Of a stretch of DNA of 64,000 nucleotides, positions 50,291-59,203 are shown one piece after another (position 1 is the first letter of the stretch; the number at the start of each line of letters is the position of its first letter). A model generated the notes under the pieces. It did no database searches. It saw only the letters and a program-made list of their open reading frames with translations, and was not told the origin of the DNA. Source of the DNA: a bacterium (lineage in GTDB: Bacteria > UBA10199 > 2-02-FULL-50-16 > JAJFLM01); assembly GCA_965216315.1 (NCBI GenBank), contig CBDCFN010000016.1, positions 1,600,001 through 1,664,000 on the forward strand, in the 5' to 3' direction. The translations under genes were made by a program, and so were the position numbers.

Positions 50291-51225
50291 ATCTGCCTCG
50301 GCTTGGCTACTATGTCTTATTCACCTTAGTCATGCTCACGGCAGCGACGGCCTGGCAATGGTCTGACGCCATTCGCTTCGCCCAAGTGCCTCAGTTGTGG
50401 TGGGAACCTATCGCAGCGGGAATCTTGACCGGCTGGCTCAGCGCGCTCTTGGGGGCCTACTTGGTCCTGAATCGGGTCGCCTTTCTCGGCCTCGCCGTCT
50501 CCCAAGGCGCTGGCCTCGGGATTTTCTTAGTGTTCTTAATTGGGGGTTGGCTCGGCTGGGCGGTCGAACCGACGCTTTGGCCAGTCCTCGGTGGTATTGT
50601 CCTCGCCACCGGTACGGCTGGCCTCTTCGCTTGGTTGCGCGGACGCCCCCATATCTCAGAAGAGGCGATCACCGGTCTACTATACGTGGTCGCCGCCGGA
50701 CTCACGATCATGATCGGAGATCGTCTCAGTCACGGTCATCACGAGATTGATGACTTTCTACTCGGAAATGCCGTTGCCGTGTTGCGCCGTGATCTCATCA
50801 CAATTGCCACGGTCACAATAACCTTGAGTGGGATCCACTTCGCTGCAAAAAAATATTTTATTTATTGCTCGGCTGACGAAGAGTTCATGCGGAGTCGGGG
50901 AATCCCGACCCGCCGTTGGCTTGGATTACTGTTCGTGACACTAACCATTGGCATCACCTTTGCCGTCAAAACCTTAGGGCTCCTGCCAGTCTTCGCCTTA
51001 CTGCTCATCCCGGCCTTTATTGGACTGAAAGGGGCACGGAATATGTTGGACGCCTTTAGTGTCGCCCTCTTTATCGGCGCAGTCTGCCCGCCATTGGGCT
51101 ATTATTTTTCGTTCTTATTCGCTTTTCCAACCGGGGCCACAATTATCTTTGTGAGTGGACTTTATTTGCTGTTCAGCTGCTTGAAGTTTAGGCCCGTCTT
51201 CGCCCAAGCAGTTAGAGAGAGATGA
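50287..51225 (+). CDS. Metal ABC transporter permease (ZnuB-like)
   Basis: Polytopic; LGAYLVL.R..F, LLG, D.EF...G. Confidence 0.88.
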   Translation: MNLPRLGYYVLFTLVMLTAATAWQWSDAIRFAQVPQLWWEPIAAGILTGWLSALLGAYLVLNRVAFLGLAVSQGAGLGIFLVFLIGGWLGWAVEPTLWPVLGGIVLATGTAGLFAWLRGRPHISEEAITGLLYVVAAGLTIMIGDRLSHGHHEIDDFLLGNAVAVLRRDLITIATVTITLSGIHFAAKKYFIYCSADEEFMRSRGIPTRRWLGLLFVTLTIGITFAVKTLGLLPVFALLLIPAFIGLKGARNMLDAFSVALFIGAVCPPLGYYFSFLFAFPTGATIIFVSGLYLLFSCLKFRPVFAQAVRER

Positions 51226-51502
51226 CAAACGGAGGTACACGCGGTGCAAAATCGAGTAGTGGTTGGCGGGGAGTAAGAGATTCTGTTTCCGGAACGTCGG
51301 AATCAATTGACTCCAATGAAATCGGAATGGTGCTCGGCTCAACCGCGTCGAATGTATTGAGGTCCTGACCGGCATGACAAACCGAACAAGGAACTTCTTT
51401 GGCAGCCGCATGCGCTTCATGCGCATGGAAAACTAAAACGAGCTGACTGCACAATACCGCAGCAGCAACGAATATAGCCCATTTTTTACTAACCTTACCC
51501 AT
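51212..51502 (-). CDS. Second DUF2946-like peptide (96 aa)
   Basis: MGKVSKKWAIF..TM..FHAHEAH..CSVCH..APRVPP; own TTGACT-N17-AATAAG promoter candidate. Confidence 0.7.
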   Translation of the reverse strand: MGKVSKKWAIFVAAAVLCSQLVLVFHAHEAHAAAKEVPCSVCHAGQDLNTFDAVEPSTIPISLESIDSDVPETESLTPRQPLLDFAPRVPPFVISL

Positions 51503-51536
51503 TGGAGCGGGCTTATTCTCTAGAAAAGGAAAGAAG

Positions 51537-52028
51537 TCAAGCGTCGTCTTTGGCTTCTTCGGCAGGTGCCTCTTCTTTTGGCTTTTCTTGGGGCTCTTCT
51601 TTCGCAGCTTCAGCGGGATTTTCTTCGGCTTTCTCTTCCGCAGGCGCCTCTTCCGGCTTGGCCTCCTCCTTGGGAGCTGCTTCGGCCTTTGCCTCTTCCG
51701 CGGGGGTTTCCTCTGCCGGCGCTTCAACTGCAGGAGCCGCCTCTTCCGCTGGCTTCTCGGGCTCCGGTTCCTTGACCTTAATCTTGCCCGCAGCAACCAG
51801 CTTGGCCTTCAATTTTTTGAGTTTCGGAGACAGCTTCTTTTCTTCACGATCGGTAAGAAACTTTGTAATCCCGCCCGCCTCGTCCAAAGCCTTGAGCCCT
51901 GCCACTGAAATTTGCAGGCGAACCGTCTTTTTCAGCTCAGGCACCTCAATCTTGCGTCTGAGCAGATCCGGACGCTTCTGGCCCTCAGGTGTCTGGTCCT
52001 TTTTGAGTGTAATTTCACAAAGATTCAT
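51537..52028 (-). CDS. Divergent ribosomal protein bL28-like protein with Glu/Ala/Pro/Lys-rich tail
   Basis: CEIT.K...P.L.R.KI.VPELKKTVRLQIS..GLKALD..GG resembles L28. Confidence 0.65.
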   Translation of the reverse strand: MNLCEITLKKDQTPEGQKRPDLLRRKIEVPELKKTVRLQISVAGLKALDEAGGITKFLTDREEKKLSPKLKKLKAKLVAAGKIKVKEPEPEKPAEEAAPAVEAPAEETPAEEAKAEAAPKEEAKPEEAPAEEKAEENPAEAAKEEPQEKPKEEAPAEEAKDDA

Positions 52029-52082
52029 GGCGCTATCACTTAATATCTATGCCTACTCGACGCAACTAAAAAATAGCCTGCA

Positions 52083-52682
52083 TTAAAACGAGCTTCCAGG
52101 CTGACTGAGGAATTCTTCCTCAGCAGGGGTTGTTTCGCGACCAAGGATCTTGTTGCGATGGGGAAAACGGCCATAGCTCTCGATAATCTCAAAATGGCGC
52201 ACGGCGAATTCATAGGCACTTTCCAAGGCCTGATGGATCTCAGGTAACTCTGCAGATTCATCGGACAAACGTCGATAGGTCTCAACGGAGCGCTGCTGCA
52301 TGATCAAGCTCTCAGAATGCATCATCGGCATGTAAAAAAACCATCTCTCGACCATGTTTAATTGATCTGCAAAACCTTGTTCCTGACCGGAAACAGAGGT
52401 CGCTAATGCGAGTTCATCATAAAAAAACATGCTTTGCGTATCCCGATAGATATTCCGGGAAAACTGGTCGGTTAGGATGATAAAGGCCAAACAACTCTTC
52501 GCGGCATTTTTCCAACTATCCAACTGGCCACTCGCGGCCGCGGCGAGATCATCCTCAAATGATATCTTAATTTGAAGATCTAACTCTGGATCCTTCGTCC
52601 ACCACATCTTGACGTTCTTGAGCGGTTGCTGTTCATCCGTACCAAACCAAAAATCAAGAATCTCTTGAGAACGGCTCATCAC
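52083..52682 (-). CDS. DUF924 family protein
   Basis: ILDFWF, DQFSRNIYR, FFYMPMMHSE, GRFPHRN.ILGR. Confidence 0.93.
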   Translation of the reverse strand: MMSRSQEILDFWFGTDEQQPLKNVKMWWTKDPELDLQIKISFEDDLAAAASGQLDSWKNAAKSCLAFIILTDQFSRNIYRDTQSMFFYDELALATSVSGQEQGFADQLNMVERWFFYMPMMHSESLIMQQRSVETYRRLSDESAELPEIHQALESAYEFAVRHFEIIESYGRFPHRNKILGRETTPAEEEFLSQPGSSF

Positions 52683-52689
52683 AGCCTCA

Positions 52690-53115
52690 CTAAGGAAGTT
52701 TCCAATTGGCTAAAGATCCATCATATTCTAATAATGGGCCATCTTCTTCATTTGTATAATTAGCCTCGATCATCACTTCGCCCTCAACTTCTTCTTGAGG
52801 AACTCTCAAGGCAATTCTCTCCACATGAATCGATTGCGTATCGCTCCTAAAGCGCAAATTAACTTGTTCCGGACGTATCGGCGACAGCATAATCACACCC
52901 ATGTGTTGCTTATTCGAATTAAACTCGACTGTCGCATACCGCCGGTCTTGGCCAGTCACATGAACATCCACAGTCAAACCGTAACCCAGGATTGTCTTAT
53001 ATGTCTTGACCGGCCGGGCTCCCAATTCACTAACGTACGTGAACGCCAGCATCAAAGTGGTCACCAACACCAGATTAAATCGATACGCCTTATTCATTGA
53101 TTGCTTTCGTATCAC
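52690..53115 (-). CDS. Hypothetical exported protein
   Basis: N-terminal hydrophobic segment; co-oriented with DUF924; start may be MNKAY 53097. Confidence 0.65.
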   Translation of the reverse strand: MIRKQSMNKAYRFNLVLVTTLMLAFTYVSELGARPVKTYKTILGYGLTVDVHVTGQDRRYATVEFNSNKQHMGVIMLSPIRPEQVNLRFRSDTQSIHVERIALRVPQEEVEGEVMIEANYTNEEDGPLLEYDGSLANWKLP

Positions 53116-53139
53116 AATCGCGACATGAATTCCACATCC

Positions 53140-53231
53140 GTCCCATAATGAGACTTAGTCGTCTCATTCTTAGACGCTTCACGCGCTATCATTAAGTAAA
53201 TAAAGCATTTTTTCTTGGTCTCCAATTTGCA
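53140..53231 (+). promoter_or_regulatory. Putative sigma54 promoter with tandem enhancer sites
   Basis: GTCCCATAATGAGAC (53140) and GTCTCATTCTTAGAC (53161) palindromes; TTGG-N10-GC at 53215-53230. Confidence 0.55.
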
Positions 53232-53243
53232 TTACTTCATTAT

Positions 53244-54215
53244 ATGAAGTTAATAGGCACCTGCAGCCTTGCCCTCCTCATATCAATCCTCGCGTGCCTT
53301 GACCCGAGAGCGGCCTTTGAGACTTCTCGTAACACCGGCAATCCATTACAAGCGACAAACTCACTCAAAATCATCGCACTCGATGTCGGTCAGGGAGATG
53401 CAACCTTAGTCCTGGGGCCCGACGGTCGGGTCGGCCTTATCGATGCCGGCCCCCCCGGCGCAGGCCTGACCAAGATTCTCCCCGTGCTTCGCTCTATGGG
53501 CATTGATTCACTGACCTGGGTGCTTATTTCACACTATGATGCCGACCATCTAGGCGGCCTTCTCGAAGTCTTGCGCGGCGAAGATCAAGCCTGGGATACT
53601 GATGACGATATCCACTTGTTTGACTCCGTTTGGGACCGCGGTGGAAACAAGCTGGAAAGCACACCCTGGTTTGAAGAGTATGCGCGCGAATTAGGAATGG
53701 CTGATTATCGCCGCACAATATCCGTCGGGCATACGTTTGAGCTCGGCCATGGGGCCCAGGCAAAAGTCATCCTGGTTAAGGGGCGATACAACGATGGGAC
53801 CTTAATCCATTTGAATGCCGACGAAGAAAATGAATCGTCTCTGGCGGTCCTGATCGAATATGATAACTTTCGTTATTTAAGCGCTGGAGACTTATCGGGT
53901 GGAGGATTCAGCGGTACTAACGAAACCAAAGACCTAGAAACAAAACTCGCGCAATTAACCGGCGCTGTCGATATCGTACACCTCAATCATCATGGAAGTC
54001 GAACGAGCAGTAATGAAAATTTTCTCGACCGACTTCAACCTGATGCCGCTATCGCAAGCGTCGGCGTCGATAATGACCATAACCACCCGCACCCAGAAAT
54101 CATTGAACGGCTCAATGAACGCAATATCAACCTCTTTCGCACGGATACGGGTACTATCACGATTAGCAGCGACGGTGAATCGTATTCAATTCAGTCATTT
54201 TCCTCTTCAAATTAG
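53244..54215 (+). CDS. Exported ComEC/Rec2-like metallo-beta-lactamase-fold hydrolase
   Basis: DVGQGDA, SHYDADH.GG, GDL, HHGS, HPH. Confidence 0.88.
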   Translation: MKLIGTCSLALLISILACLDPRAAFETSRNTGNPLQATNSLKIIALDVGQGDATLVLGPDGRVGLIDAGPPGAGLTKILPVLRSMGIDSLTWVLISHYDADHLGGLLEVLRGEDQAWDTDDDIHLFDSVWDRGGNKLESTPWFEEYARELGMADYRRTISVGHTFELGHGAQAKVILVKGRYNDGTLIHLNADEENESSLAVLIEYDNFRYLSAGDLSGGGFSGTNETKDLETKLAQLTGAVDIVHLNHHGSRTSSNENFLDRLQPDAAIASVGVDNDHNHPHPEIIERLNERNINLFRTDTGTITISSDGESYSIQSFSSSN

Positions 54216-54259
54216 CCTCGAAACCTGTATAAACACTCTTCAATGAATGGGGCTCAATC

Positions 54260-55261
54260 GTGACCGATACCTTTGGAAAGATAAATAACCTCTGCCTCGT
54301 CGTCCTGGCTGGAGTCGCAATAACGGTCGGCCTGATTTTCACTCGAAGCATACTTGTTCCCTTTGTTATCTCGATATTTATCTACGCCCTGCTTTCGCCA
54401 GCGCTGCATTGGCAACAAAACACGCTCCGCTTACCGCGTGTTCTCGCTATTTTATTAACCGCCTTTCTATTTCTTCTGTTCGCTACGATCATCTTCTATC
54501 TCGTCTCTTCATCCCTCAACAGCTTCATGATGAGTGCGGATGTCTATCGAGATAAAATTATAGCCTTCATCCAAGAGCTAGGCGGATTTGCCAGCAAGTG
54601 GGGCATTAAACTAGACAGTAAAGCGATCCAAGGCGCTATCGATAAAATTCCCGTGCTTACGATGGCCCAAAATATTACCGGCAGTGCCGTCTCTCTTGTC
54701 GGCAACACAATGCTGGTAATCGTCTTCGTCCTCTTTATGATCACTGGAGATGGAACACAACGTCAGCAGAACCAGTTAATGGTGGAAATTCAAGGCAAGG
54801 TGTCTCGCTATGTCGCCACAAAATTTCTCGTCTCGCTCGCGACAGGCATCCTCGTCGGAGCGGTGCTCGGCGGATTCGGCGTCGAGTTGACCTTGATGTT
54901 TGCGGTCTTAACGGTCTTATTTAATTTCATTCCTAACATCGGCTCTGTCATGGCAACGTTACTCCCCCTACCCGTCTTACTCCTTCAGTTTGGCCTTGGC
55001 TGGCAAACACCTGTCGTTATTAGTCTTCTCGCCATCATTCAGTTCAGCATAGGCAATATTCTCGAACCCAAAGTCATGGGGGAAAGCCTGGATCTGCATC
55101 CCGTTGCTATCCTCCTCTTCCTGATGTTTTGGGGTCTTGTCTGGGGCCTAGCGGGGATGTTTTTGGCTGTTCCAATTACGGCAATTCTAAAAATTATCAT
55201 GAGTCGCATTCAAACGACCAAACCGGTCGCCGAATTGCTAGCGGGCCGGCTTCCGGCCTAG
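54260..55261 (+). CDS. AI-2E family transporter
   Basis: NFIPNIGS, GNILEPKVMG..LDLHP, GMFLAVP. Confidence 0.92.
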   Translation: MTDTFGKINNLCLVVLAGVAITVGLIFTRSILVPFVISIFIYALLSPALHWQQNTLRLPRVLAILLTAFLFLLFATIIFYLVSSSLNSFMMSADVYRDKIIAFIQELGGFASKWGIKLDSKAIQGAIDKIPVLTMAQNITGSAVSLVGNTMLVIVFVLFMITGDGTQRQQNQLMVEIQGKVSRYVATKFLVSLATGILVGAVLGGFGVELTLMFAVLTVLFNFIPNIGSVMATLLPLPVLLLQFGLGWQTPVVISLLAIIQFSIGNILEPKVMGESLDLHPVAILLFLMFWGLVWGLAGMFLAVPITAILKIIMSRIQTTKPVAELLAGRLPA

Positions 55262-55273
55262 GAGGCATCAACT

Positions 55274-57070
55274 CTAACCGAGTAAATCACCGGATGAAAA
55301 CTCGAAATCCGCTTCTGGAATATAAAGCGTAAACACACTTCCCTCATCAAGCGCACTTTCCACGGTAATGAATCCCTTCGATTCATTCACGATACTTTGA
55401 ACAATAGCGAGACCAAAACCGCGACGATTTTCTTCGAGAGTCGGATCATTGTGGCTGGATACTCTGAACTCGAAGATATTGAGCAGCTTATCCTGCTCAA
55501 TTCCATGGCCGGTGTCACTAAAGTCTATCCGGACATACCGCCCCGCCCTAATATTGTGTCTGTTAAGCCGATGCTTAGGCATATTTCGCATCGCCTCGCG
55601 GTCAAGTTCAAGGCTCTGCACGCTTATTTCCAAGTATCGCTCACTTGACTCCCTCATCGCATCAATCGCATTCTGAACCAGAGCTCTTATCGCCTCTCTA
55701 AAACGACTCGGATCGACTTCGACCATCGGAGCCGGTGAGTTAACCTTGACCTTCATCTGCACACGATCATCCGTGAGCAAATCTTGCAGCGCCTCTTCAG
55801 AAATCAATTCAGCAACCTGAAAGCGATAAGCGTCACCCGCGCCGCTACTCATGCTACGCAGGCTTTCTATTTTACGAGCGGTCTCTTCAACGGTTTCTTG
55901 AGGGAGAAGCAACTGTGGAATCAGCATATCAATGATGGCTATGAGCAGTGCTTTTGCCGTCGTTGCCCTTTCCATGCGCTCTTGAGGTGCTGCTTGGGCA
56001 AACCGTGCAATTCTCTGGGCTGCCGCATTGAGCGCCACAGCAAGCTCGTCTTCACCAACTTTTATCACTAAATCTCGAAGCATTTGGAGCAAACGCCGCG
56101 GTTTTTGGACCTGCATAGAAATTTTCTGGTTTGAATTCTGGACATCATGGGCAATTCCCGCGGCGACCTCTCCAAGTATTTGCAAGACGCGCCACCTCGC
56201 GCTCCGCTTCTTCTCTTTTAATTTGTTCAGTCAAATCATCGTATGACCGACGCATGGCTGCCATCGCTTTTTTGCTTTTACTCCGGTCAATACAAAAATA
56301 GATCCCGAAATTATTGCCTGTTATCATGCGCGCGTAGAGATCCACCGAAACATAAGAACCATCACTCTCTAAGCAACCGTATATCGTTCACGTAAACTCC
56401 AGATGTCATGATATCACTGAGCACGGATCCCAAAGCGACCTAAGTCCTCGGGGTGAATATTTTTCATAAAATCTCTGTCGGTTAGCTCTGCCTCCGTGAA
56501 GCCTGAGATCCGTTCGTTAGCTTGGTTGCACATCATCAGGCCGACACCCTCGGGCCCAATGACAAAGGCACCCGCCGCGACACTCAGGCTTTCAATCATA
56601 GCGCGAAGTGGCAATACGATCTCATCATGGGTCTCAACTTCAATGATTTCAGGTTCGACCGGCAATTGGTTGACGTCGACGCGTATCATCGAAGGCTGAG
56701 AGGGCCGCCGTTTAAAGCTTCGACTCGTCGGCGGCGTTGTGGAATGCAGTGGACTCACACCCTGTCCAATCAAATCCGTTAATTCTTGGAATTTGGTGTA
56801 ATCAAAGTTGTCTGCAAGGGTCGACGCGGCCGCCCCAAGGGCCATAAAAACTCTTTGCCTTAATTCCGGAGTTTCCTCCGTCTGAGCCGCACTGGCTAAG
56901 GCCGGCGCCAGAATCTGAACCGGTTCGGCCAACAAGACGGCACTGCTCAAACGATCCCAATTGTTTCGCAAACCCTCTGTCGCCTGGCTAATCGATTGCC
57001 CCGCCTGCAACCCCGTCGTGGCTTGGAGCAGATTACTGACCAGTAAATTGTATGTCGAAATGTGAGACAC
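55274..57070 (-). pseudogene. PAS-HisKA-HATPase sensor kinase with N-terminal extension, broken by three frameshifts (real or assembly artefact)
   Basis: PAS IHPED...R..DGS, H-box AHDVQN, NAIDA, DTGHGI, GFGL spread over ORFs 56414-57070, 56145-56345 and 55274-56185. Confidence 0.8.
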
Positions 57071-57098
57071 CGCTATTTACCCTGACCCTTGCGGATCT

Positions 57099-57123
57099 CA
57101 TCGGAGCAAGCTCGAAAATGTTG
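57099..57123 (-). promoter_or_regulatory. CAAC-N16-CGATG promoter-like motif (copy D)
   Basis: CAACATTTTCGAGCTTGCTCCGATG, 28 nt before GTG 57070. Confidence 0.62.
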
Positions 57124-57316
57124 TGGGGTATTTTTGCCTATTTTTTCAGCTACTTAAGAGAGATATCTCGACTCGCAGGCCCACTTTCGCTCCTGCCCCC
57201 AGCTGATTAAAATCATTATATTTTTTAGACTTATCCACAGATCGTTCTCAAATTAATCTGCAACAAAAACGGTTAAATATTTGTCCTTTGATTCAGATAG
57301 CGCTAGTCAGGGGCCC

Positions 57317-58366
57317 ATGTTAGCCCCACCGCGCATTAACGGACTTGCAACGGCCGCCCCCGCAACAAAAGTTCCGCAGCCAGATGCGAAAGCGTATTTC
57401 ACCGAACTTTTTCGGAAGGGACTTGCGGACGTCGACCGCCTGAGTTCCGTCTTCGACAACGGCCGCGTCGATAACCGTTACATTGCAGAATCGTTAGAAT
57501 GGATGGGAAGTCAGCACAGCTTTGAAGAAAAGAATCGGCTCGTCATTGATCACTCGGTCGAAGTGGCCGCTGAAGCCGCCGAGAAGGCCTTTGCTGATGC
57601 CGGTATCCATGCCAAGGATATCGAAGCCTTAGTGGTCGTTTCATCCTCGTCAGTCGCCACACCGAGTCTTGATGCCTTACTAATCGAACGATTGGGTCTT
57701 TCGCGGCATACGGTGCGTCAACCGATGTTCGGGTTAGGCTGTGCTGGCGGCGTTGCCGGCATTTCTCATGCGGCGGATCTGGCACGCAGCATGCCGGGAC
57801 GCAATGTCCTCTTCATCGCCGTAGAAATGAACACCCTCACCTTTCAATGCAACGACATGTCGAAGACCAACTTTATCAGTTCGAGTCTCTTTGGCGATGG
57901 GGCTGCTGCCGTCGTGCTTAATACCTGGGGAGACGGTCCCAAATTTATCGGTCGCCACAATACTTTACTGCCAAAATCCGAATGGGTCATGGGCTGGGAG
58001 GTCATCGAAACAGGCCTCAAGGTCCGCATCTCTACCGATATTCCTTCGGTCGTCGATATCCAACTGCCACAGCTCTTTGAAGATGCCTGTGATCGCTGGG
58101 GCGTGTCCCGACAACAAATCCGTCACTTTATCTTGCATCCTGGCGGCGCCAGAGTACTGGATGCCTATGTTAACACCCTGGACCTCAGTGAAGAAAATCT
58201 TAAACATTCGAGTGACGTGCTTCGGGAATTTGGCAACATGTCGAGCCCAACCGTCTTATTTGTACTCGATCGATTCCTAAGAGAACCTCCTGAAGCTGGT
58301 GAGTATGGTATCTTGCTGGGCTTTGGCCCCGGCTTCAGCGCTGATCAAGCCCTCCTCCAATGGTAA
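57317..58366 (+). CDS. Type III polyketide synthase (BpsA/SrsA-like)
   Basis: GLGCAGG, LFGDGAAA, HPGG, GNMSS catalytic Cys-His-Asn. Confidence 0.93.
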   Translation: MLAPPRINGLATAAPATKVPQPDAKAYFTELFRKGLADVDRLSSVFDNGRVDNRYIAESLEWMGSQHSFEEKNRLVIDHSVEVAAEAAEKAFADAGIHAKDIEALVVVSSSSVATPSLDALLIERLGLSRHTVRQPMFGLGCAGGVAGISHAADLARSMPGRNVLFIAVEMNTLTFQCNDMSKTNFISSSLFGDGAAAVVLNTWGDGPKFIGRHNTLLPKSEWVMGWEVIETGLKVRISTDIPSVVDIQLPQLFEDACDRWGVSRQQIRHFILHPGGARVLDAYVNTLDLSEENLKHSSDVLREFGNMSSPTVLFVLDRFLREPPEAGEYGILLGFGPGFSADQALLQW

Positions 58367-58875
58367 GCCTATTCTTTTGGATCTTCATTGCCGTTGTTAC
58401 GGTACAACGCTTATTTGAATTATGGTTGGCCCAACGAAATCAGAAAATTGCCCTCGCCGCAGGTGGAGTGGAACACGGTACCAGTCACTACCCTCTTATC
58501 GTCGCCCTTCATGCCCTCTGGCTGGTGGCCTGGATCATTGAAAGCTTGGCTCGCGGACCCTATCTCAATAGTTACTGGATTATTTTTCTCGTCTTAGTAA
58601 TGCTTGCACAAGCTCTGCGTTATTGGGCGATCAGCTCGCTTGGGAGCGCCTGGAATACCCGCATCATCGTCATCCCTGACGGCGAACGGGTCAAACGAGG
58701 CCCCTATCACTTTGTTTCACACCCTAATTACGTCGCCGTCACCATTGAACTCGTCTGCCTCCCGATGATCTTTGGGGCCTGGATCACAGCCATCGTAGCG
58801 ACTATCATTAATGCCATTGTCCTGCTTGGAATTCGTATTCCTGCGGAAAATCGCGCGCTAAAAAGTCTTCAATAA
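58360..58875 (+). CDS. Isoprenylcysteine carboxyl methyltransferase family (BpsB-like)
   Basis: QRLFEL, LG..WNTRI, GPY..V.HPNY, RI..E. Confidence 0.9.
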   Translation: MVSLFFWIFIAVVTVQRLFELWLAQRNQKIALAAGGVEHGTSHYPLIVALHALWLVAWIIESLARGPYLNSYWIIFLVLVMLAQALRYWAISSLGSAWNTRIIVIPDGERVKRGPYHFVSHPNYVAVTIELVCLPMIFGAWITAIVATIINAIVLLGIRIPAENRALKSLQ

Positions 58876-58913
58876 AAAAAGGCCGGATTTTCTTTACAGA
58901 AAACCCGGCCTTT
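58874..58913 (-). terminator. Intrinsic terminator, stronger on the minus strand
   Basis: AAAGGCCGG..CCGGCCTTT stem; T7 on minus strand, only T3 on plus. Confidence 0.75.
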
Positions 58914-58985
58914 GGGAGACGGCTGAAAGGCGCAAAGCCTTCTGCCGACCTATTGGTCACTTGCCTGGTGTGTGTCTTTATTGTC
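58874..58985 (-). ncRNA. Candidate ~110-nt small RNA
   Basis: TTGAAT-N16-TAACAT promoter, internal hairpins, minus-strand terminator, no ORF. Confidence 0.4.
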
Positions 58986-59121
58986 GAAGCATGTTATAAA
59001 TTGTTCCGCACTATTCAAGTCAGTCCGCCAAAATCTGTTTACTTGAGTTAACAATCATCGCTATAAACAACGCTAAAGAGACTATTCTAACCCTGCGTAT
59101 TTAAGAGTGTTTTTCACTGAT

Positions 59122-59150
59122 TGAACCGAATGTCCTCTCAGAGCGTCTAA
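59122..59150 (+). promoter_or_regulatory. ECF-type promoter (TGAAC-N17-CGTCTAA), probably autoregulatory
   Basis: AAC/CGT ECF consensus upstream of the spy-ECF-antisigma operon. Confidence 0.65.
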
Positions 59151-59203
59151 ATTAATGTCTGAAATGCTAAACTAACGAGCAAAGTATTTTATAAGGAGGG
59201 CTC

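Noticed and set aside
51212..51796. 194-aa Arg/Lys-rich ORF as one protein
   Set aside because: The first 98 codons are an off-frame read of the bL28-like tail; the plausible gene starts at ATG 51502
56414..56416. TGA as selenocysteine or read-through in the kinase
   Set aside because: PAS homology continues in a different frame before the stop, indicating frameshifts
58915..58950. c-di-GMP-I riboswitch (GCAAAGCC)
   Set aside because: Lacks the GGCAAAC...GAAA...GAC architecture; the segment is a simple hairpin
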